A stretch of DNA of 64,000 nucleotides from contig NC_086097.1 in the NCBI RefSeq assembly GCF_963921235.1, forward strand, positions 150,414,001-150,478,000. Reading direction: 5' to 3'. Both the position numbers and the translations under genes were made by a program. Below the pieces are notes generated by a model. The model saw only the letters and a list, made by a program, of their open reading frames with translations, searched no databases and was not told the DNA's origin. Position 1 is the first letter of the stretch; every line of letters begins with the position of its first letter. This stretch comes from Mobula hypostoma. Its lineage: Eukaryota. Positions 50,740 to 62,999 of the stretch are shown piece by piece.

Positions 50740-51113
50740 GAACATAAGAACATAAGAAATAGCAGGAGAAGTAGGCCATCTGGCCCTTCGAGCCTGCTCC
50801 GCTATTCAATAAGATCATGGCTGATCTGGCCATGGACACACCTACACCTACCTGCCTTTTCTCCATAACCCTTAATGCCCCTACTATGCAAAAATCTATC
50901 CAATTTTGTCTTAAATATGTTTACTGAGGTAGCGTCCACTGCTTCATTGGGCAGAGAATTCCACAGATTTATCACTGTCTGGGAAAAGCAGTTCCTCCTA
51001 TCTCCGTCCTAAATCTACTCCCCCAGTTCTAGTCTCACCTACCAGTGAAAACAACTTTCCTGCCTCTATCTTATCTATCCCCTTTCAAAGTTCTATGTTT
51101 CTGTAAGATCTCC
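50740..51113 (-). mobile_element. CR1 3' fragment
   Basis: (AACATAAG)n tail then GGCCATCTGGCCCTTCGAGCCTG and GAATTCCACAGATT. Confidence 0.8.
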
Positions 51114-51354
51114 TAGGAAATGGTAAGGTCCTAGGTAGGACTGAGGAATAGATGGACCTTAGTGTGCACTGCAGATAGATAATATTGTTCAGAAGGTATA
51201 TGATGTACTGGCCTTCTGGAGTTGGAGCACCAAACATAACAAAAAGAAGGTTATGCTTCAGTGCCACACAGACGGGAAGAGGGGGCATGCAGATGGGGAA
51301 GGCGGCGGGGGGGTCCTACAGACAGGAGGGAGTGAGTATCACACAGATGGGGAA

Positions 51355-51450
51355 GATTCTGTCTGGGGAGCCTCCAACCTGACAGGCATGAACATTGATT
51401 TCTCCATTGCCGTTAATTTCTTCCCCCTCTCTTGCTGAGTTCTTCCAGCA
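51355..51450 (+). mobile_element. Penelope-like element ORF C-terminus joined to its terminal repeat
   Basis: LGSLQPD/GMNIDFS (1-nt frameshift), resembling the P.G.N end of Penelope GIY-YIG domains, followed by TGCTGAGTTCTTCCAGCA. Confidence 0.65.
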
Positions 51451-51451
51451 C

Positions 51452-51725
51452 TTAGCACGACACTATTACAGCTCAGGGCATTCCAGAATTCTATTCTGGG
51501 GCTATCTGTGAGGAGTTTGTATGCTTTCCCTGTGAAACGTGTGGGTTTCTTCCAGGTGCTCTGGTTTCCTCCCACTGTCCAAAGACCTACCAGTTAGTAG
51601 GTTGATTGGTCATTGTAAATTGTCTTGTGATTAGACTAGAATAAAATAGGTGCATTGCTGGGTAGTGTGGCTGGTTGGGTCAAAAGGGCCCATTAGAGAT
51701 GCACTGTAACTCTAAATAAATAAAC
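51452..51725 (+). mobile_element. tRNA-derived SINE (V-SINE/HE1-like)
   Basis: GTGGGTTTCTTCCAGGTGCTCTGGTTTCCTCCCAC..TCCAAAGAC..GGTTGATTGGTC domain; (TAAA)n tail; parallels 12352-12620. Confidence 0.75.
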
Positions 51726-51729
51726 ATTG

Positions 51730-52680
51730 GTCAGATCTCAGCTGTGTGCAGTCTGGTCACCACACTGTAGCAAGGATGTGATAGTACCAGAAACAATGCA
51801 GAGGAAATTCACTGAGATTTTGCTTTGATGGACCATTTCAGTTAAGAGGAGAGATTGAGAGGCTAGTCTTGTTTTCCTTGGAGTGGAGGAGACATGATTG
51901 AGGTAGATAAAATTATGGGAGTAATAGATAGGCTAGACTGCAGGAAACTTCTACCCTTTTCAAAGGTAGATAACACTAGAGGATATAGATTTAGGGTAAA
52001 GGTGAAGAGATTTTAGCTGCTCCCTCACAAACTACAGGGTGAATTCTATCATATTATGATCACTGTTTCCTAAGGATTCCTTTACTTTCAGCTTCCTAAT
52101 CAAATCTAGTTCATTACACAACACTCAATCCAGTATTGCTGTTCCCCTAGTGGGCTCAACCACAAACTGCTCTAAAAAGCCATCTCATAGCATTCTACAA
52201 ATTCCTTCTCTTGGGATCCAGCACCAACCTGATTTTCCTCTACATGCATATTGAAATCTTCCATGAGAAGCATAAAATTGCCCTTTTTACATGCCTTTTC
52301 TATCTTCCATTGTAAACACTAACCACATCCTGGCTACTGTTTGGAGGCCTGTACATAATTCCCTTCAGCGTCTTTTTGCCCTTGCAGTTTCTTAACTCTA
52401 CTCACAGGAGTTCTGCTAATCCTATGTTACCTCTTTCTAAGGATTTGATTTCATTTTTTACTAACAGAGCCACCCCAACCCAATCACCCAGAGGCCAGAG
52501 AAATTTTGGAATTTTCAACCAAGGGGCCTTTGGATGTCCTGTTGCTACATATGTTCAAGATAGAGCTTGGTAGACTTTTGGATATTTAGGGAATAAAAGA
52601 GTTAGTTCACGAAAGTGGTACTGAAGTAAAAGTTACAATCCTACTCATGGTCGAGCAGGTGTATTCTATTTATTATTCCC
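51730..52680. mobile_element. Patchwork of old CR1 fragments in both orientations
   Basis: + strand C-terminal coding 51730-52015, minus-strand endonuclease (SDH) 52020-52480, + strand 3' end ~52490-52680. Confidence 0.55.
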
Positions 52681-53025
52681 TCCACTATAATGCAGAGTGG
52701 ATGCACTATGTACTATTTAAAACTGTATTGCATTTACTAACATAAGCTCCTCATAAAGCACTTCCAAAGCCAATAACTTTCACTACTAAGAAGGAGAATG
52801 GCTTGGGAGAAAAGGAATGCCAATACCTGCAGGCTTGTCCACAAGTTATACACCAATCTGGCTTGGAAATATATTACTAATCCTTCATTATTGACTGGTC
52901 TGAACCTTAGAACTCTCTTCAAAATATCCTTACGAAAATACCTTCACCAGAAAACTGCAGTGGTTCAGGAAGCTGGTTTTACTAGCAATACCAGATATAA
53001 GAAAGATAAAGAACTCTATTCTATG

Positions 53026-54005
53026 ACAGAATCAGAATTGGCGTTGTTATCACTGACATATGTCACTAAATCTGTTGTTTTGCGGGGACATTACACTACG
53101 AGACATAAAAGTTACTACAAGTTACACTGAGAATCATAAAAAAAATAAATAGGTAGTGCAAAAAGAGAACAAAAAGTATGGTGATGTTCATGGTCCATTC
53201 AGGAAGCTGGTGGTGGCAGGAAAGAAACTGTTGAATGTGTGTCTCAGGCTCCTGTATCTCCTCCCTGATGGTAGTAATGAGAAGAGGGCATGTCCTTGCT
53301 GGTGAGAGCCCTTAATCTTGGATGCCGCCTTCATGAAGCATTGCCTTTGGATGATGCCCTCGATGGTGGGGAGGCTCGTGTTGATGAAGGAGCTAGTTAC
53401 GTTTACAACCGTCTGCAGCTTTTTCTGATCCAGTGCCTTGGCACTTTCATACAAGACAGTAGTATAACTGGTCCAAATGCTGTCTACAATACATCTGTAG
53501 AATTTTGCTAGAGTCTTTGGTAATGTGCCAAATCTCCTCCTACATCTAATGAAATATAGCTGTTGGCATGCCTTCTTTGTAATTGCATCAATATGTTAGG
53601 CCCAGTATAGGTCTTCAGAGGTGTTGACACACAGGAACTTGAAGCTATTCAGCCTTTCCATTGTTGAACCCTCAGTGAAGACTGGTACGTGTTCCCCGAC
53701 TTCCCCGTTTTGAAGTCCACAATCAGTTCCTTGGTGTTTCTGACATTGAGTGCAAAGTAGATGTTGTGACATCAATCAACCAACCAACCTTTCTCACTCC
53801 TGTACGCCCCCTCATCGTCATCTGAGATTATGCCAACAACAGATCTGTTATTGGCGAATTTACAAATCATACAGTCACTAGTGTAGTGAGAGTAGTACAG
53901 TAGGCTAAGCCAATGCCCTTGAGGTGCGCTTGTCTTGATTGTCAGCAAGGAGGAGAAATTATTTCCGATCCAGACTGACTGTGGTCTTCTCATGAAGTGG
54001 CTAAG
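53026..54005 (-). mobile_element. Rex1-type LINE 3' fragment
   Basis: CAGAATCAGAAT tail; ORF 53188-53454 (KKLQTVV..LFSLLPSGRRYRSL); APQG..KFAN in 53772-54017. Confidence 0.8.
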
Positions 54006-54079
54006 GTTCAAACTCAATCAAGCACAAGAGCCAGAACTTCGTAAGATGTAGCATCTTCAGAGGAGAGTTAAGTAAGTAC

Positions 54080-54201
54080 CTGTTCTATGGCTTCGCCTTC
54101 TATGCTGCCCACAATCTTCAATCCATGTTTGTTTTTCAGGTGTCTGTTCAGCTCCCATTTGGTACCATAAACAAAACTGCAGACCGGACACTTTACACCA
54201 C
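54080..54201 (-). CDS. ZFAT: ZFAT coding exon with last C2H2 zinc finger (122 bp)
   Basis: ctctctcttataag acceptor, CAG|GTACTT donor; GVKCPVCSFVYGTKWELNRHLKNKHGLKIVGSIEGEAIEQ; phase 0 out fits next exon; upstream exons not found in window. Confidence 0.9.
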
Positions 54202-54384
54202 CTTATAAGAGAGAGGAAATTAATTTTCTTTCAAAAAAATCTTCTAATACTCTAGCTACCTTTGAAACTCCAAAATGTCATTAACCAGTTTTGTGCACCC
54301 TGACTTCAATGATCGGTGACTTTCAATATTACATTCAGAATGACTGAGAATTAAATGCTAATTTAATGTGAAAAACTCTGAAAA

Positions 54385-55035
54385 TTAAGACCATCAGATA
54401 TAAGAGCAGAATTAGGCCTTTCGGCTCATTGAGTGTGCTCTGTCGTTCCACCATGTCCGATTTATTATCCCTCTTAACCCCATTCTCTTGACTTCTCCCC
54501 ATAACCTTTGACTAATCAAGAACTTATTAACCTCCACCTTAAATATATCCAATAACTAGGAAGTCCCTTTATTCTGAGGCTGTGCCCCCAGTCTTAGATT
54601 CACCTACTATGGGGAACATCCTCCCCACATCCACTCTGTTCAGGCCTTTCAATATTTGATAGGTTTCAATGAGATCCCCCTCATTCTTCTAAATTCCAAC
54701 TAGTACAAGCCCAGAGCAATCAAATGCTTCCCATACATTAACCCTTTCGATCCTGGAATCATTCTTGTGAACCTCCTCTGGACCCTCTCCAATGCCTTCA
54801 CATCTTTTCTTCAATAAGGGGTCCAACACTGCTCACTCCTAGTGTGGTCTGAGCAATCTCTAATAAAGCCTCAACATTACATCCTTGCTTTTATATTCTT
54901 GTCCTCTTGGAATGAATGCCAACATTGCATTTGCCTACCTTTCCACTGACTCAACTTGCAAGTTAACGTTTGGGAATCCTGCACGTGGTCCCCCTAGTCT
55001 CTTTGCACCTCTGATTTTTGGACATTCCCGTTTAG
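54385..55035 (-). mobile_element. CR1 3' fragment
   Basis: TAAGACCATCAGATATAAGAGCAGAATTAGGCC tail; collinear with 46050-46700. Confidence 0.75.
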
Positions 55036-55044
55036 AATTTAGAA

Positions 55045-55735
55045 TTAACTGTAAGAGTTGATAGCATTTAAGAAACCCTCTGATTGCTCTTTTTGGCACC
55101 TTGGGTGAAGTAGAGATGTACTTGAGTCTGACTAAACGTTGAACATTATCTTTTGCCTCTCTCTTGGCTAGACGGTTAGTTCTTCTTAGGTGGAGAGATG
55201 CTGCCCCACCCACTCATGCTCAATGGCTTAGTGATATTATGTCCTGCTTAGACCTTGAAAAGATTCATTATTTACTTCTTAATTCGGACGTAAAGTTTCA
55301 TAAGGTGTGGGGTCCTTTTCTTGAATACTTTCATAACTCCTCGTTAGATTAAGCTTATCCTTTTTTTTGTACTACAATCCCTTACTTTCAGCTTTTTTTC
55401 CTGTAAGTTTTACGTTTTTTTGTTGTGAATTACATTATAGTTTTGATAGTCGGCATTATATTTTCTTTTTTTACATATATATTTACAGCTCTGTGGGGTT
55501 GAATGCTCCGATTAATTTTTCTTTTATACATAGAAATGGTTGGCCTGGGGTTTTATAGTGGGAGGTTGGGGAGGACACTAATTTTATATGATATTGTTTT
55601 GGTTGCTTTTTCCTTATTGTTATGAATTATATATTGGACACGTTTGTTTTGCACTGTATAAATCTCCATTTTGTTGATGGTTTTTTTCTGTTGCTGTATT
55701 GTAGAAATGCATAAAAAATTAACAAAAATAAAGAA
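55045..55735 (+). mobile_element. L1-clade LINE 3' fragment (different family from 36.8k/57.1k copies)
   Basis: ARRLVLLRW..PPTHAQWL..LEKIHY..FHKVWGPF ORF2 C-terminus, T-rich 3' UTR, A-rich tail. Confidence 0.8.
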
Positions 55736-57091
55736 GAAACAATATGTTGCTGTTTATATAACATTTAACCAGATTCTGCAGGAATTCAGGGTTCACAGCT
55801 GGAAACAATTTCCCATTTCAACTGCCTTGCATTTCCATTCATATTCAGCACTTCAATTGTTCCTTGGAAGTGGGTAGAGTAGACACTCACATTGGAAGGA
55901 CAGCTTGATAATACTTTATAGAAGACTTGTGAAGATGGAGATACGACACAACATAGGAATCAAAGAAGTGAAAACTAAGGAGTTAGTCACTGACTTCAGA
56001 AAGGGGGAGCAGGGAGACCACATGGTCGTTCTCTTTGGTGGGTCAGTGGTGGAGACACTCTAACTCCTGAGTGTTAACATCTTGGATGACCTGTTCTGGG
56101 CTCAGAACGTTGATGCAATCATGCTGTAGGTTCAGAAAGCATGTTGGTGCCTCTACGTTCTTAGCATCTTAAGGGGATTTGGCATTGTGAATTTTCAATG
56201 AGATAATCTGTCATTATTCCAAAGTTCTACAGAATTCAGGTTAAAACTATACAAGCTCTCCTCATTTGTCAAAGCTGCCATCCCTGGAACCAGTCAAGGA
56301 ATCTTTATTGTATTCCTTCAATGGCTCACGTATTACTAGGGCATTGAAGGAGTAATATGGTGGAAGTATTCCCACATCACTGCCGGTGAGAAGTTTAGAC
56401 CAGTGACAAGGAAGGGCTGGCAAAGCATTCCCAGGTCAGGATGTTGTGATATGGACAGTAACTGGAGGTAGTGGTGCTCCCGTGAGTCTGCTGCCCATGC
56501 ACTTCTTGGTGATAAGTCACGGTTCTGGGGAGTGTTAACGGGTTAGCCATGGCAAATAACTGCGCTGCATTTTGCAAGTGCTGCTCATTGCAGCCAGTGT
56601 GCACAGCAGGTGGAGGGAATAAATGTTTAGAGTCATAAATGGGGTACTAATCAAGTGGGCTGTTCTGTCCGCCTTGACTGGTGTTGGAGCTGCACTCATC
56701 AAGCAAGAAGGAAGTATTCCCAAAAAAACTATGACTAGTGCCTTTCAGATGATGGAAAGGATTTTAGGTGAGTCACGGTATTTATGTACAGTAGCTGATC
56801 TAGTGGTGCACCTCTTTAATGGTAAGCCAGGTGATATTAAAGGCAGCAGACTTGACAGCTTTTCATTTCCAAGGAACTAAGATATCAGTTCCAAAGAATG
56901 AAGCAATTCCTTGAGATATGTTCCTTTTCACTGAGCTCATCAGATCGAATACAGAGCAGCTTTTGTTACAGTTGATATTTATAACAATCCTCCAGGCCAA
57001 TCACTCAGTCTGCATTTTTGAGCAGTGTTCAACGCGCTACTGGGTGATATATTACTGTTAAATTCAGCCACCTCCCAATGAGTCAGCTTTC

Positions 57092-60000
57092 TTTTTTTTT
57101 TGGGAATATAATTTTTATTGAATTTTCAAAAAGAATACATGAAAAAAAGAAAAGAATCTACCCTCCCCCCCCCCATATATAGTCCTACCTAAAAAGAAAG
57201 AAAAATTAAAAAAAAGAAAAAAAAGAAAAGGACCGCCTGGTTATTGGAAGGTTTCCACATGCTCCATGGGATTCAAAATGAATTTGGTATAATTATTCGT
57301 TACTTTCCCCAAGTGACCAAAGTCTTTATCAGAGCACTTAAATATGCCATCCTATCTTTTGTAAATAAGGGCGCCAAATATTCAAAAATGTTACATATTT
57401 ATCTCTTAAATTATAAGTAATTTTTTCGAGTGGAATAGAACTAGCCATTTCATTATTCCCACGATCCATACTTAAATACGAATCAGATTTCCAAGTAACT
57501 GCTATAGTCTTCTTAGCTACTGCCAATGCAATTTTTATAAATTCTTTCTGATATTTATTCAATTTAAGTTTCGGTTTTATCCCTTCAATATCACCTAACA
57601 AAAATAATATAGGGTTATGTGGAAGTTGGATTGCAGTAATTTGTTCCAATAAGATTCTTAAATTTATCCAAAAGGGTTGAATTTTAAAACAAGACCAAGT
57701 AGAATGTAAAAAAGTACCAATTTCTTGATTACACCGAAAACATTTATCAGATAAATTTGAATTTAATCTATTTACTTTTTGCGGTGTAATATATAATTGA
57801 TGTAAAAAATTATATTGTACTAATCTAAGTCGAACATTTATTGTATTTGTCATACTGTCAAGACAAAGTCTTGACCAATTTGTTTCATCAATAATAATAT
57901 TCAGATCTGTTTCCCATTTTTGCTTTGACTTATGGGTTCCTTGTTTAATTGTCTGTTCTTGAATCAAATTATACATACAAGAAATAAATTTTTAAATTTT
58001 CCCTTTTTGAATTAAAATTTCAATTTCATTAGGTTTTGGCAAAAACATTGTTTGACCCAGCTTACCTTTTAAGTAAGCCCTTAATTGAAAGTAACAAAAG
58101 AAAGTATTATTAGATATTTTATATTTGTCCTTTAATTGTTCAAATGACCTCAATATACCTCGTTCAGAACAATATCCTATGAATTTAGTCCCTTTTTGGT
58201 ACCAATTATATAAAAGTTGATTGTCCATTGTAAAAGGAATAAGTCTGTTTTGGAACAAAGGTCTCCTTGCTAATAGAGATTTCTGTGTTTCATTATCAAC
58301 ATTTATCTTATTCCATAGATCAATCAAATGTGTTAGTATAGGAGATTCTTTCTTTTCCCGTATCAATTTAGAATCCCATTTATATATAAAATCTTCAGGT
58401 CTATGTTCTCCTATCTTGTCTAGTTCTATTTTAATCCATGCTGGTTTTCGATCATCGAAGAAAGATGCAATAAATCTAAGTTGATTTGCTTTATAATAGT
58501 TTTTAAAGTTTGGAAGTTGTAACCCTCCTAACCCAAATTTACATGTCAATTTTTCCAATAATATTCTTGACATTTTACCTTTCCAAAGAAATTTTCTCAC
58601 ACATTTATTTAACTCTTGAAAAAATTTCTGTGGCAATTGTATTGGTAGTGTTTGAAACAGATACTGTAATCTAGGAAATATATTCATTTTTACAACATTG
58701 ACTCTACCTACTAATGTTATTGGTAATATCATCCATTTGTCAAGATCTTTTTGAATTTTTTTCAATAGTGGTAAATAATTAAATTTATATAAATTCTTTA
58801 GATCATTATCAAGTCTTATACCTAAATATTTAATACCATTTACCGGCCATCTAAATTGGGTTACTAATCGACATTGACTATAGTCTCCGTTAGTAAGAGG
58901 TAAAATTTCACTTTTATCCCAATTTATTTTGTAACCTGATACCTTCCCATATTCATCCAATCTAGAAGATAATTTATGTAATGAATATTGTGGATTTGTT
59001 AAATAGATCAAAACATCATCGGCAAAAAGATTAATTTTATATTCCTCCTGATTAACTCTAAAACCCATAATATCTGGATCAATTCTAATTAATTCTGCTA
59101 ATGGCTCTATCGCCAATACAAATAAAGCAGGTGATAGTGGACAACCTTGTCTAGTTGACCTTTTTAACTGGAATGGTGTTGAAATTTGAGAGTTTGTCAC
59201 CACTTTAGCTTTAGGGTTAGAATTTAAAATTTTAATCCAATTTATAAAAGATGTTCCTAACCCATATTTTTCTAGTACTTTAAATAAAAAAATAGAGATT
59301 GGGTGGGTAGTGTTGTTGCGGCTTCATTTAATTCAAAAGCGAGGGGAGTAGCAATTTTGATCAATAAAACGTTACCAATTAGAATACAAAATGTAATAAT
59401 TGATTCTGCGGGGAGATATGTGATTATACATTGTCAACTTTTCTCTGAACTATGGACTTCTATGAACATTTATGCACCAAATGAAAATGATGCAAAATTC
59501 ATACAAGAAGCTTTTCTGAATTTGGCGGATGCGCATGAAAAAATATTAATTGGAGGAGACTTTAATTTTTGCTTAGACCCAGTCTTAGATAGATCAACCA
59601 AGGCTGTTATAAAATCGAAGGCAGTAAATTTAACTTTATCATTGATGAAGGATTTAAATCTGATTGATATATGGAGAAGAATCAATCCTAAAGAAAGAGA
59701 CTATTCGTTCTGCTCCCATAGACATAAAACTTTCTCAAGGATAGATTTGTTTCTATTATCAATGCATATTCAACACAGAGTGAAAAATATGGAATATAAA
59801 GCAAAAATATTATCAGATCATTCCCCTTTATTAATGACAATAATAATGGCTGATATGGAAGAAGTGGCTTATAGATGGAGATTTAATTCAACATTATTAA
59901 AACATCAAGATTTTTGTGATTTTATGAAAAAGCAGATTCAATTTTTTTTGGATACAAATTTTCATTCAGTGGATGATAAATTTATATTATGGGATGCGAT

Positions 60001-60997
60001 GAAAGCATATCTTAGGGGCCAGATAATAAGTTATACGTCTAAAATTAAGAAAGAATATATGGCAGAACTAGATCAATTGGAAAAAGAGATTACAAAAATA
60101 GAAAAAGAATCTCAAAGATATATGTCAGAAGAAAAACGAAAACAACTTGTCAATAAGAAGTTACAATATAATACGCTTCAGACATATAGAACGGAAAAAG
60201 CAATTATAAGAACTAAACAAAGGTATTATGAGTTAGGTGAGAGAGCACATAAAATTGTTGCCTGGCAGTTGAAAACAGAACAAGCTTCCAAAACAATAAA
60301 TGCAATTAGAACAAGGGCAAATAAAATATCTTATAAACCTCTTGAAATAAATAAAACTTTTAAAAATTTCTATTCTGAATTATATCAAACAGAATCCCAA
60401 AATGATGTTAATGAGATAGAAAGGTTTTTATCACAAGTTTCTCTTCCAAAATTGAATTTGGAAGAACAGAAGGGATTAGATATGCCTTTTACATTAAAAG
60501 AAGTTGAAGAAGCTTTGGGATCACTCCAAAGTAATAAATCTCCAGGAGAAGATGGTTTTCCACCTGAATTTTATAAAAAAGTTAAAGATTTATTATTTCC
60601 TCTTTTTATGGAACTAATACGTCAAGCAGAAAAAATACATAAACTTCCAGAATCTTTTTCAACAGTGATTGTAATAGTATTGCCAAAAAAAGACAGAGAT
60701 CCTATGAAACCAGCATCATATAGGCCTATTTCTTTATTGAATACGGATTATAAAATAATAGCAAAAATTTTATCGAATAGATTATCTAAATATTTACCAA
60801 AATTAATACATATGGATCAAACAGGATTTATTAAAAATAGACAATTGGCAGATAATGTAACTCGGCTACTCAGTATAATTCATTTGGCACAAAAAAGGGA
60901 TAAGAAGAGTATAGTAGTAGCTTTGGATGCAGAAAAAGCATTTAATAGATTAGAATGGGATTTTTTATTTAAAGTACTAGAAAAATATGGGTTAGGA
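57092..60997 (-). mobile_element. Young L1-clade LINE, 5'-truncated with 5' inversion
   Basis: PolyT 57092-57101; minus-strand ORF2 3' half to ~59293; plus-strand ORF2 5' half 59294-60997; exact TSD AGTCAGCTTTC at 57081-57091 and 60998-61008. Confidence 0.95.
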
Positions 60998-61339
60998 AGT
61001 CAGCTTTCTCTAACTGGAATGCAAACTTCTCAGAGTTAAAGCTGCTGATATGTGGAAAGGTAACATATTCAACAGTAAAACTGTAAAATTACACAAAATA
61101 CAGAGATAGGGGTGAAGCCAAATGAAAAATTTTAAAATTTCAGACTAAAACATTCTGAAAGTGTGCAAAATAAAGAGGAAATGTTGCTATTTCAGGCTAA
61201 TGAACAATCATCAGAAACATCGTGGGAACGTTCAGAACCAGGAACAGTATTGCTGTTTATTATATGCATTGAGGGTGACAGGTATGATTAGTAAGTTGAA
61301 AAAACATGAAAATTGGCAACTTGGTTTATTTCTGTCACA

Positions 61340-61770
61340 TGTATCAGATGATAAGAGGCCTAGGTAGAGTGGCGATCCAGCACCTTTTCCCATGGTAGAA
61401 CTGGCTAATATGAAAGAGTCCTGTTGAAGGGTCTTAGCCTGAAACGTCAACTGTACTCTTTTCTATAGATGCTGCCAGGCCTGCTGAGTTCCTCCAGCAT
61501 TTTGTGTGTGTTGTGTTAATATGAAAGGGGATAATTTTAAGGTGAATGGGGCTATGTTTGAGGGAGTTTTTTTTAAAACACAAAGAGTGCTAAGTTCATG
61601 GAACACACTGCCATGGCTGGTGGTTGGGACACTTAAGAGATTCTTGGATAGGTACATGAATAACAGAGAAATGGAGTGCTATGTGGGAGTGAGAGAGGGG
61701 TTACCTTGATCTTGGAGTAGGTTAAAAGGTTGGCACAGCATTGTGGGCCGAAGAATCGATACTGTGTTCT
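61340..61770 (+). mobile_element. CR1 3' fragment interrupted by Penelope-type insert
   Basis: TTTTCCCATGG..TAATA, ACACAAAGAGTG..TGGAACACACTGCCA, GTGGGCCGAAG 3' motif. Confidence 0.7.
61417..61516 (+). mobile_element. Penelope-derived insert with mutated hammerhead motif
   Basis: agtc-CTGTTGA-agggtcttagcct-GAAACGTC-aact; duplicated TAATATGAAAG at 61406-61416 and 61517-61527. Confidence 0.75.
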
Positions 61771-62084
61771 TTAAACTTATAAGACACACTAAAAAAGAGT
61801 TCCAAGAAAGTGAATTACTTTTGGACTGTAAATACAACTTGCCTTCAGCAACAATGAAATAAATGTTCTTGACATTGTTGATTGAGGGAGGAAACAGAAC
61901 AAAGAACTGGGAGAAATTGCTATCTGGAAATTAATATTTTAAACCTTAAGTATATTTTTTTCTTCCTCTTGACTACATGTTCTACATCTCTTGTCAACCG
62001 TTGTACCTTCTCTCTACCATCCTTTGCCTTCTTCAATTGGACAAACCAAACCAGGGCCCTATGAAAATGCTATGTATCAGCATA

Positions 62085-62990
62085 TAGGAGAGCGACCGAA
62101 AATCTGGCTGAGTGGTGCCACAACAACCTCTCACTCAATGTCAGCTCAACCAAGAGCTGAATATTGACTTCAGGAGGAGGAAATCTGAGGTCCATGAGTC
62201 AGTCCTCATCAGGGTACCAAAGGTGGAGAGGATCAGCAACTTTAAATTCCCCAGTGTTATCATTTCAGAGGAACTTTCCTGGGCCCAGTACGTAAATGCA
62301 ATTATGAAGTACCTCTACTTCCTTAGAAGTTTGTGAAGATTCGCATGCCAGCTAATACTTCAACAAACTTCTATAGATGTGTGGTAGACAGTATATTGAC
62401 TGGCTGCATCATCCCCTGATATGGAAGCACCAATGCCTTTGAACAGAAAATCCTACAAAAAGTAGTGGATTTGACCCAATCCATCATAGATAAAGCCCTC
62501 CCCTCCACTGTGCACATCTACAAGAAACGTTGTCACAGGAAAGTAGCATTCATCATCAGGGACCCCAGCACCCAGGTCATGCTCTCTTCTTGCGCTGTCA
62601 TTAGGAAGACGGTGCAGGAGTCTCAAGACTCACACTACCAGGTTCAGGAATGGTTATTATCCCTCAACCTTTGGACTGTTGAACCAGTGGGGATAAATTC
62701 ACTTGTTGCATCACTTAACTATTCCCATGAACCTATGGACTCACTTTCAAAGACTCTTCATCTCATGTTCTCAATACTTAATGTCTATTTATTTATTTAT
62801 TTATTTATTATTTTTACTTTCTCTTTTGCCTTTGCACAGTTTGTTGTCTTTTGCACACTGGTTGTTTGACTGCCCTCTTGGGTGTGGTCCTTCATGATAC
62901 TTGGATTTACTGAGTATGCCCACAAGAAAACAAATCTCAGGTTTGTATATGGTGACGCATATGTACTTCGATAATAAATTTACTTTAAAT
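62085..62990 (+). mobile_element. Rex1-type LINE 3' fragment
   Basis: IDFRR..VERISNFKF..LYFLRSL; 3' end GATAATAAATTTACTTT; same type as 4021-4727. Confidence 0.8.
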
Positions 62991-62999
62991 ATTTAATTT

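Noticed and set aside
52311..52320. TGTAAACA as a miR-30 family locus (miR-30b/d lie near ZFAT in mammals)
   Set aside because: Only the seed matches, it is inside a CR1 fragment and no precursor hairpin is evident.
59303..61039. 578-aa plus-strand ORF as a separate or domesticated gene
   Set aside because: It is the inverted 5' half of the same L1 insertion; it lacks the true start and runs out through the TSD.
61700..61720. Minus-strand AAG|GTAA as donor of the next upstream ZFAT exon
   Set aside because: It lies in a CR1 3' UTR and I saw no ZFAT-like coding next to it; no further exon recognised in 54202-64000.
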